Source: a virus
Reading direction: 5' to 3' (one strand)
DNA length: 64,000 bases
IMG/VR virus record: IMGVR_UViG_3300002835_000018
The notes under the pieces are model-generated. The model saw only the letters and a program-made list of their open reading frames with translations, was not told where the DNA came from and did not search any database. Of the stretch, positions 56,597 through 64,000 are shown one piece after another; position 1 is the first letter of the stretch, and the number at the start of each line of letters is the position of its first letter. Both the position numbers and the translations under genes were made by a program.

Positions 56597-57235
56597 TTAC
56601 TTTCTAAATGCATCTTTAAATTTAATCTTTGGAAAAATGCTTCTGTGCAACTTTAAAAAGTGCAAAATAATATCAGAAGTCTGCAAAACATCGGTTAAAG
56701 CATCATGAGCATTAGCCTTAGATAATCCAAAAAAGTCTCTAAGTGTATCCATCTTGTAATTTGGAACTACTGTAGTGTTATCAAACCACAACATCATTAT
56801 TTCATCAAGATCATACATGTTTCTTCTATTTAACAAATTTTGATTTCCGTTTTTATCTACATAACCAAGCTCTGAGCAAACCCTTTGAAAAATTGGCATG
56901 TCAAAATGTCTTATGTTTTTCCCTGCTGGAATTGGTGCAGAAATATTTCCTTTGCCGTTATTAAACATAGAAATAAAATCTGAAAGCTTTTTCCAAACAG
57001 CATCAATGCTTGGTGCAAGCTTCAATTCTTCTCTTGTCTTTTTATTTATTGCAAGAGCTTCATCTTGAAGATTGTTAAAATCTCTTGGCTTTATCAATGT
57101 TTCAAAAATACCGTCTTTGATTGGTTCAAGAGTTTTTCTATTTATTGCCATAGCTGCAACTTGAATAACTTCGCACTTGTTTATATCTAAAGATCCAGTT
57201 TCAAAATCAAAAACCATAATTGTATTACTATACAT
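56597..57235 (-). CDS. DEDDh 3'-5' exonuclease (DnaQ-like)
   Basis: FDFETG, N..FD and HDALTDV motifs. Confidence 0.88.
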   Translation of the reverse strand: MYSNTIMVFDFETGSLDINKCEVIQVAAMAINRKTLEPIKDGIFETLIKPRDFNNLQDEALAINKKTREELKLAPSIDAVWKKLSDFISMFNNGKGNISAPIPAGKNIRHFDMPIFQRVCSELGYVDKNGNQNLLNRRNMYDLDEIMMLWFDNTTVVPNYKMDTLRDFFGLSKANAHDALTDVLQTSDIILHFLKLHRSIFPKIKFKDAFRK

Positions 57236-57505
57236 TTATTCCTCATTCTCTGTAAATTGTAAAATAATGGATTCTTCTTCATCGGTTGTAATATCTAATT
57301 TAAAGTTATTGTCATCAGCAGAATCAAAAAATTCTTTTTCTATAACAAAATCACCGTTGTTTTTTAACACAATGGCTTTAAGTATTTTTATAAATTGCAA
57401 AGAAAGTTGACTTTTTGAATTTTGACATTCTGATAGAGCTTGAACCAATCCCATTTGTTGAGATACTAGTTTTGCTATTAATTCAATTTCTTCTTTTTCA
57501 CTCAT
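57236..57505 (-). CDS. Hypothetical protein (89 aa)
   Basis: Coupled between dnaE-N and the exonuclease; AAAGGA RBS. Confidence 0.55.
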   Translation of the reverse strand: MSEKEEIELIAKLVSQQMGLVQALSECQNSKSQLSLQFIKILKAIVLKNNGDFVIEKEFFDSADDNNFKLDITTDEEESIILQFTENEE

Positions 57506-59411
57506 TTTCTTTTCCTTTCAATAAATTTATGCACCCCATTATTTTATCTAAAACTGCAACCCCTAAAATATCAAACTTAACTAAACCAATTGATTCAAGA
57601 TCTGACATTTCAAGACCAGCAATCATTTGCTTATTCTTTTTATCGTAAATCATAGGACATATATCTTTTAAAGGAGTATGGCTTATGACAATTCCAGCAG
57701 CATGTTTTCCTTGGCTACGCTTGGTTCCTTCAAGCCTAATTGCTTGTGCAAACTCTTTTGACAATTTTCCTGTTATATTACCATGTTCGTCTATCTGACA
57801 ATAATCTTTAAGCTTTGAAGGAATATTTTCTAGTGCCCAACCAATGATTGACGATTCTCCACCATCTTCCTTCATTTCTTGAAGCTGTTCAGATATTTCA
57901 GCTTCATCAGGTATGTTTTTTGTAATAGCATTACTTTCATCAAAGGAAAAACCGTGTGCCCTCAATACATCTTTTAAAGCACCTCTGCCCTGCATCCTAC
58001 TATATGTTATCATTTGCGAAACATTTTCTTCTTTGTACTTTGATTTAATATAATCAATAACCTTGTCTCTTTTGGTGATTGGAAAATCACAATCTATATC
58101 AGGAAGACTTACATGACCAGGAACATTTCTTCCAGCGTTATAAAAACGCTCAAAAACTAAATTGTGCTCAATTGGATCTACTTGAGTTATTCCAAGCAAA
58201 TAAGAAACCATACAACCAGCACCTGATCCACGCCCTCTTCCTGTTAACCATCCTTGTTTTCTAGCCCAATTACAATAATCTTGAACAATTAAAAAGTAAC
58301 CTTCAAGACCAGCATCACCTATAACAGAAAGCTCATTTTTAATTCTTCCAACATAATTTTCAAACTTTGATGAATCTTTTTCTAAATCTGAAAACTTTTC
58401 TTTCCAACCGTTTCTACAAAGCTCTCTTAAATAATCGTGTTCATTTTTGCTTTCTGGACATTCAAAACTTGGAAGAACCGATTTTTTTGTTAAAGAATAA
58501 TTCTCGCACATCTCTTCAATCAACAAACAGTTTTTTAATTCTTCTGGTTCATGAAGGGCTAAAATCTCTTCAGTAGATGGAATGTAATATCTATTTGATT
58601 TAAAGAAGCTAGATAATCCAAAATCTTCGTGTTTATCTAAAGATGACCTTACTTTAGAAAGAGTTGTTTCCATAGATGCACACAAGATTATTCTTTGATC
58701 AGAAGCATCCTCTTGTTTAGCGTAATGAGCATCAGGAGTAGCTATTGCCTTAATGCCTGTTTCTTTAGATAGTTTTCTAAGACATTCAGCAAGGACTACA
58801 GAACAATGTAGATTGTCTTTATCGAAAAGCTGTATTTCAATAAAAAAGTTTTCTTTGCCAAAAATGTCTTGATGCTTAGAACATAATTTTTTAGATTCTT
58901 CAAACCAATCGTCTTTAATTAAAGCTCTTGCTTCTTCTGGACTGGCACACTTGTATGCCTCATCTGGAAAAATGCATCTGGCCAATTGTGTTCCTGGGTG
59001 TCCAGAGAATGCTATTAAGTTTTTTGAATATGGTGCAAAATCTTCCAAGCTTAGTCTAGGCTTATAATAAAAATAATCTTTATTGTTTGATAAAGATGAT
59101 AGCTTTATAAGCTCAGACCAGCCAGAAATATTTTTAGCAAGAACACACAAGTGAGAATTTTTAGAATTAGTTTTATCATGAATCAAAGCACTTTGACTAC
59201 ATATGTAAAACTCACAACCTAGTATTGGTTTTATTTCTTCTGCAACACATGCTTTATTAAAAGAAATAGAGCCAGAAATAGTTCCATGATCAGTAAGAGC
59301 TATAGACTTGTGCCCAAGACTTTTAGCTCTTTTTGCCATAGATTCTGGCTTTGTTAAACCATCTAAAAGACTATAGTGAGAATGACAATGTAATGCTGTC
59401 CAATTATTCAT
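57498..59411 (-). CDS. dnaE: DNA polymerase III alpha, N-terminal half (PHP and palm)
   Basis: LH.HSHYSLLDG, TDHG, GRGSGAG, FERF, PDID.DF, GKHAAG and KFDILG motifs. Confidence 0.92.
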   Translation of the reverse strand: MNNWTALHCHSHYSLLDGLTKPESMAKRAKSLGHKSIALTDHGTISGSISFNKACVAEEIKPILGCEFYICSQSALIHDKTNSKNSHLCVLAKNISGWSELIKLSSLSNNKDYFYYKPRLSLEDFAPYSKNLIAFSGHPGTQLARCIFPDEAYKCASPEEARALIKDDWFEESKKLCSKHQDIFGKENFFIEIQLFDKDNLHCSVVLAECLRKLSKETGIKAIATPDAHYAKQEDASDQRIILCASMETTLSKVRSSLDKHEDFGLSSFFKSNRYYIPSTEEILALHEPEELKNCLLIEEMCENYSLTKKSVLPSFECPESKNEHDYLRELCRNGWKEKFSDLEKDSSKFENYVGRIKNELSVIGDAGLEGYFLIVQDYCNWARKQGWLTGRGRGSGAGCMVSYLLGITQVDPIEHNLVFERFYNAGRNVPGHVSLPDIDCDFPITKRDKVIDYIKSKYKEENVSQMITYSRMQGRGALKDVLRAHGFSFDESNAITKNIPDEAEISEQLQEMKEDGGESSIIGWALENIPSKLKDYCQIDEHGNITGKLSKEFAQAIRLEGTKRSQGKHAAGIVISHTPLKDICPMIYDKKNKQMIAGLEMSDLESIGLVKFDILGVAVLDKIMGCINLLKGKENE

Positions 59412-59428
59412 GTGCTGTTCCTAAAATT

Positions 59429-60127
59429 TTACTTTCTTAAATATTCTTTTACAATTAAACTAGACCAATTTTCCCAGTTCTTTTCTTCAACTTTAATAAT
59501 TTCTTTTTTAACAAAAGAACCTTCTGCCAATGCTTCTTCTTTAACTTTAAAAGTTGAATGATCTTGAAGATTGACACTATACACAACCCCAAAATGAACA
59601 GAGCTTACATCATTTGAGTCATCGTTTATTAATCCGATAAAGTGTGCATTTCTCAAATTGGAAAACTCAACTTCTTCTTCAATTTCTCTTTTACATGCAT
59701 TAGTGATAGTTTCACCATTTAGTCCATCGCATGGATTAACATGTCCACCAACACCCAATGACCATAAATCATGCAATCTATTTTCAGATCCTTTTTTAGA
59801 TCTTTGATAACAAAATGTTGAATCTCCACGATTGATCAAACAATATGGTATAACTTGTTTATAAGATTTGTCGTTTTCTGCAATATCACGATCAATATAA
59901 AACATATTGTCTGTCGAAAGAATTTTATCTCTCAAATTTTTCGCTTCAACTCCAGTAATGAATCCTTGAAACGAATCATTTTCCAATAATTCATTTTTAA
60001 AAACAAGAACCTTTTCACCATTGTATTTAGGTTCATATTTAACAATTTCTGGTGCAGGAGTTGGTGTTGTTCCAACTTCTTCTTTTTTGTTAGTAAAAAC
60101 AATGTCTTCCCATCTCCAATCAGCCAT
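59429..60127 (-). CDS. Nudix-family phosphoesterase
   Basis: KQVIPY, E.RLH, SLGVGGHVN..D, REIEEE and VHFG motifs. Start at 60127 after GGGAG. Confidence 0.8.
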   Translation of the reverse strand: MADWRWEDIVFTNKKEEVGTTPTPAPEIVKYEPKYNGEKVLVFKNELLENDSFQGFITGVEAKNLRDKILSTDNMFYIDRDIAENDKSYKQVIPYCLINRGDSTFCYQRSKKGSENRLHDLWSLGVGGHVNPCDGLNGETITNACKREIEEEVEFSNLRNAHFIGLINDDSNDVSSVHFGVVYSVNLQDHSTFKVKEEALAEGSFVKKEIIKVEEKNWENWSSLIVKEYLRK

Positions 60128-61148
60128 TTTGATTCTCCCTATTAGATTGACCACCACCATCGCCATAAGATTTTACGGTATCTTTTTTGGCATGTTTAAC
60201 ATACGCATTATTAATACCAAGCTGTATTAACTCTTGATGCATATGATCACATATTGATTCATTTTCGGAATCTTTATGTTTTTCTTTATAGAAACTGCAA
60301 AGTCTAATGCATTTCCATTTGTCTTTTCCATAGTCTATTATTCTTGATGGCCTATTGCAATTCTTAATTTTTTCAAACTCTTTTTTTATCATTTCTTCAG
60401 TTGTTTTTATATCATCTTTTTGAAAACACAAAGAAAATGGTCCACCAGCTTTAACAAAAAATATTGTCATAATTATCATGTTTTCATTTGGATACAATTC
60501 ATTTAAGGCATAATGATACAATCTAAGCTGAAAATCATTGTACAAATCATCATAACCCTTCTCTTTTCCTGTTGACCAATTTTTTCTTTCTCCTGTTTTC
60601 CAATCAACATATTCTACTGTTTTTGAATCAACCCTTGTTATTAAGTCCATAGTTCCTTTTATTCGCAACTTTCCAGAAATTATTTGCCCATCTGGAAGAA
60701 AATAATCATAATTTGCCCAAGGTTTATCAATTTCAATGTCAAAATACTGTTCTGGCATCACAATATTTCTAGTTAGTGGTGAAAACATGCCATTATTAAA
60801 TAATAGAACATCCCACAACCACTTAGTGCATTCTTTAAAATCAAGATCTGTCCATTCATGTGTACTTTTGTTTTTATAATGATTGAAACCAGCCAATATT
60901 GCTGTTTCTGGTGACATTTCTGATGTTATAAACTCCATACCTAATTCAGAATCAGAGAACGAAATTGTTCCATTTTGTAGGCAAAGTTTTTTATTTGCCA
61001 ACAATTCTAAACCTTTATGTACGACATTACCTTTTTCTGCCTTTTTATTGGAGTCATCTTTAAAGCCAAGATTATAGGTCAACCAATACTTGTGCTGACA
61101 CCAAGAGTATGATGATACAGAACTAGACCTTAAGTAAGTTATAATCAC
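60120..61148 (-). CDS. PD-(D/E)XK exonuclease (Cas4/RecB-like)
   Basis: S.S....C, G..VH, E, G.MD, VDWKTG, QL..Y and C-terminal C..LC..C motifs. Confidence 0.85.
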   Translation of the reverse strand: MIITYLRSSSVSSYSWCQHKYWLTYNLGFKDDSNKKAEKGNVVHKGLELLANKKLCLQNGTISFSDSELGMEFITSEMSPETAILAGFNHYKNKSTHEWTDLDFKECTKWLWDVLLFNNGMFSPLTRNIVMPEQYFDIEIDKPWANYDYFLPDGQIISGKLRIKGTMDLITRVDSKTVEYVDWKTGERKNWSTGKEKGYDDLYNDFQLRLYHYALNELYPNENMIIMTIFFVKAGGPFSLCFQKDDIKTTEEMIKKEFEKIKNCNRPSRIIDYGKDKWKCIRLCSFYKEKHKDSENESICDHMHQELIQLGINNAYVKHAKKDTVKSYGDGGGQSNRENQNG

Positions 61149-61770
61149 TCTTTATCCAATCTAATTTCTTAAGAATTTTTAAAATTTCTGCTTTTTGTTC
61201 TTCTTTTGTCATTTTTTGATTGTCTAAAACAATATCAAATTTTTCACTGTTGTCCAATTCATTTTCGCTTATATGGTAATCATCTTCAGTGCTTTTTGTT
61301 AATCTTATAACAATTCCACCTTTTGCTTTAATGCTATCTATTTCATTTTCAAATCTTGCATCAGTAATGAAATTTAATGGACAATGACCATTTCTTATTT
61401 CATTAAAACAAGCATTTATATGTATGTCTTTGCACATTCTTCTGGCTATACCAGTTCCAAATTCCTGCAAAAATTCTCTAGCTGTCATTTTACCTGTTGG
61501 GGCTACTTCTTTTCCAATTTTGATTTCTTCGTAGTGTGGAAGATCTTCCCATAAATAATTTGTCAAAGTTTTTTTATCTTCAAATGATCCAAAGACTTGT
61601 TTGTGTCTTAAGCCAAAAAAGTCAATGGCTATTTTTTTCATTGGTTGTGCAAAAGAATAAATGGCTGATCTACAACCAAAAAGAGCCACAGAATTAAATG
61701 AAAGAAATCCAGCAATAGTATCTTTGCCAGAACCCTTTTTTCCAGAAAACCCAATTATTTTTTGTATCAC
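61123..61770 (-). CDS. Deoxynucleoside monophosphate kinase
   Basis: GFSGKKGSGKDT, FA.P.K, RE.LQ.FGT, D.RF.NE and H.SE motifs. Confidence 0.88.
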   Translation of the reverse strand: MIQKIIGFSGKKGSGKDTIAGFLSFNSVALFGCRSAIYSFAQPMKKIAIDFFGLRHKQVFGSFEDKKTLTNYLWEDLPHYEEIKIGKEVAPTGKMTAREFLQEFGTGIARRMCKDIHINACFNEIRNGHCPLNFITDARFENEIDSIKAKGGIVIRLTKSTEDDYHISENELDNSEKFDIVLDNQKMTKEEQKAEILKILKKLDWIKSDYNLLKV

Positions 61771-62882
61771 AGCTTTTCCATAATGGGGAGTAAAAAACTT
61801 TTAACATCATCCACACTCATCTCACCAATATCTTTAAAACCATTCGGCAATTTTGGCTTAATTATTTTGAACATTCTACCAAGAGAAGATTCTATGCTAT
61901 TTCCAGCTTTTAAACCAGCCTCATCTGAATCAAACAATAGGATTAAATACAAAGCTCCAGATGACTCTAGTAAAATCTGTTGTGCATCTGTTAAAGATGA
62001 CCCAAATACAGCTAATGAATTTTTAATTCCAGATTCAGCAATTCTCCAAACATCTCCTGGTCCTTCCACCAATATGGCAACGCCAGTTTTTTTAATAGCC
62101 TCAATTGCAAAATTATAATTGTATAAATAATCTTTTTTAGAAAAACCTTTATTGTGACACCACTTAGACATATGAACATAACCATTGCAACTCGCTTCTT
62201 GTTCATGATAATGTTTACATGCTTCACACTTTTTATATTTTGTTCTTCCTGTGAAACCAACTATAAATTTTCCATCGGCATCATATACTGGAACAACTAC
62301 TCTGTCTTTAAATATGCCAACAGAAGAATTAGATTCCCCTATATCATAATTATTTAAACATTCTTCAGTATAACCCCTAGAAAGATAATATTTAGATGGT
62401 ATTGATAAGCTTGATCTTACAGAAGTCTTACTCCACTTATCTTGTTTTTCTTTTGTGGTCTTTGTAAATGCCGAAGACTCTAATATATTTTTAGTTTTAT
62501 TTGTAGATAATTTATCATCAATTGAAAAATCGTACAAGCTTTTTATTAAGTACAATGTTTCTGCAAATGATGCTATTTTATCTCCAGCTTTTGACCAGTT
62601 ATATTTACTGTGACTTATTAAACCTCTAATAAAACCAATGCTGTTATTGATAAAGTTTTTTTCACAATGGTGCGTGTAGCATATCCAGTTTCCTACATGT
62701 GTATTGCCAGATGTAAAAATATTGAATGCGGTTTTATTATCTCCACCATGTATTGGACATGGGCCAGAAAGATAAGCATCAGTGTAATTTAATTCAATAT
62801 CGAAGTGGTTTAAAACAACATCTATATTTTTTGAAATTATTTTATTTGCTAATTTAAAATCAATTTGTTCCTGAGATTTCAT
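61767..62882 (-). CDS. dnaG: DnaG-type DNA primase
   Basis: CPIH..C...C zinc finger, F.GR, VEG..D and D.D.AG Toprim motifs. Confidence 0.88.
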   Translation of the reverse strand: MKSQEQIDFKLANKIISKNIDVVLNHFDIELNYTDAYLSGPCPIHGGDNKTAFNIFTSGNTHVGNWICYTHHCEKNFINNSIGFIRGLISHSKYNWSKAGDKIASFAETLYLIKSLYDFSIDDKLSTNKTKNILESSAFTKTTKEKQDKWSKTSVRSSLSIPSKYYLSRGYTEECLNNYDIGESNSSVGIFKDRVVVPVYDADGKFIVGFTGRTKYKKCEACKHYHEQEASCNGYVHMSKWCHNKGFSKKDYLYNYNFAIEAIKKTGVAILVEGPGDVWRIAESGIKNSLAVFGSSLTDAQQILLESSGALYLILLFDSDEAGLKAGNSIESSLGRMFKIIKPKLPNGFKDIGEMSVDDVKSFLLPIMEKL

Positions 62883-63999
62883 CTGGTAGTTCCTCTATTT
62901 GAAAACCATTATTAATTCTTGTTGATCTAAGTTTATAAAACTCATTTCTAGTTGGACCTTCTGTTATTCTTCCATATTCATAATTTCCAGATATATTGAT
63001 GTAATCACCAGCATCAATACCCTTGCCATGCCTTGCAACAACTGGTATGAGTTTTAAGTTGTATGAAATATTATTGTCTGAAACGCTTTCATCTGCCATT
63101 TCCTCTTCTGTTTTACGCTTATAGATTGAAAAATTACTACACAACCACAAAATTCTATCAGAGCCTGATGCAACATCTGTGTCTTCTCTTGTTATGCCAT
63201 CTCTGTTTAATTGAGTAAAGGCCAAACAAGCAACCCCATATTGAACCATGAAATTGTGAAGACTCGTCATTAAAAAACCTAGTGCTTGATATTCAGCAAT
63301 ATTTTTTGATATTGTTCCATCATCCATCAATTTTATATAGTCAAGTATTATCAAACATGGTTTTGCTTTGCCAAAATCATCTAATCCAACATCTTTTATA
63401 ACCCATCTTCTAGCAAGACTTAAAACTTCATCAAAGCTTTTTCCAGCAATAGACTTATATTTAAATGGCATATCTTTTAATGCATTTGAGGCATCGTAGA
63501 CCCTTTTCTTTTTTGAGGAATCTTTTGAAAAAGATCCATTTTCAATATCTTCGATTTTAATGTTACCCATACAAGCCAATAGTCTATGCCAATGATCTTT
63601 CGCTGTCATTTCAGTATCAAACATTAAGACAGGTATACCTTGTTTAGCAACATTCATTGCAACATTATCTGCAAAAAATGATTTGCCTGTTTTCATTCTT
63701 GCACCAATTAAATTAACTGTGCCTGGCCTAAGACCGCCTCCAATAGCCCTATCGTAAACTTTAAAACCCGATGAAATACCAAGTTGAGATATTGGATTAT
63801 CTTCTAAAAACTTTACATAATCATCTAAACCTTCAGATATTTCTTTTGGACTTGGGTCTTCTGCATTTGAAATTTTAAAAGTTTGATCTAATACAGTTGC
63901 TTCTGCAAGAGAAACTATTTGTGAAATAGGCTCATCACCTGTCATACCCAATAATTCAGTTGCACAATTAGATAAGTTGTATGCTAAGGTCTTAGCAAT
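62860..63999 (-). CDS. dnaB: DnaB-like replicative helicase (5' truncated by the window)
   Basis: GAR..TGKS Walker A, EM, LDYI and QLNR motifs. The frame stays open to the window end. Confidence 0.9.
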   Translation of the reverse strand: MAKTLAYNLSNCATELLGMTGDEPISQIVSLAEATVLDQTFKISNAEDPSPKEISEGLDDYVKFLEDNPISQLGISSGFKVYDRAIGGGLRPGTVNLIGARMKTGKSFFADNVAMNVAKQGIPVLMFDTEMTAKDHWHRLLACMGNIKIEDIENGSFSKDSSKKKRVYDASNALKDMPFKYKSIAGKSFDEVLSLARRWVIKDVGLDDFGKAKPCLIILDYIKLMDDGTISKNIAEYQALGFLMTSLHNFMVQYGVACLAFTQLNRDGITREDTDVASGSDRILWLCSNFSIYKRKTEEEMADESVSDNNISYNLKLIPVVARHGKGIDAGDYINISGNYEYGRITEGPTRNEFYKLRSTRINNGFQIEELPDEISGTN

Positions 64000-64000
64000 T

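Noticed and set aside
57498-57533. DnaE-N ends in CINLLKGKENE, a possible very short N-intein
   Set aside because: It matches the normal helix after KFDxLG in DnaE, and DnaE-C has no HN-[CST] C-intein junction.
1-64000. Alternative genetic code (stop codon reassignment)
   Set aside because: Genes are full length and densely packed under the standard code, and TAG, TGA and TAA all end genes at sensible positions.

Overview
This AT-rich 64 kb window is part of a large tailed dsDNA phage genome, with two convergent gene blocks meeting near 43.0 kb. The + strand (1-42948) is a virion morphogenesis module. It encodes tail fibre and collar proteins, a holin-like gene, a Cys-rich and Thr-rich mucin-like protein, neck proteins, a tail tube, two paralogous tail chaperones, a 4984-aa tape measure protein (TMP) and tail-tip proteins. 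No sheath gene is visible, so the phage is probably siphovirus-like. The - strand (43059-64000) carries recombination and replication genes: DnaB, primase, dNMP kinase, Cas4-like nuclease, Nudix, a DnaE split into two genes around a DnaQ exonuclease, SSB and an annealase. It also carries a roughly 10 kb glycosyltransferase and sugar-nucleotide cluster with phoH. Main candidates for novelty: (1) a possible phage mucin-type O-glycosylation system, pairing Thr-tract virion proteins with a GT bearing polypeptide GalNAc-transferase-like motifs and a large GT cluster; (2) a polyvalent TMP in which about 7 copies of a GG-bounded module bracket cargo domains, including a PD-(D/E)XK nuclease-like and a zinc-peptidase-like domain; (3) duplicated tail chaperones in place of the G/GT frameshift; (4) an intein-free split DnaE; (5) a recurring GGTGTA motif that may be a late promoter. 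All calls come from reading motifs by eye; no searches were run. No tRNA, rRNA or CRISPR array was seen.
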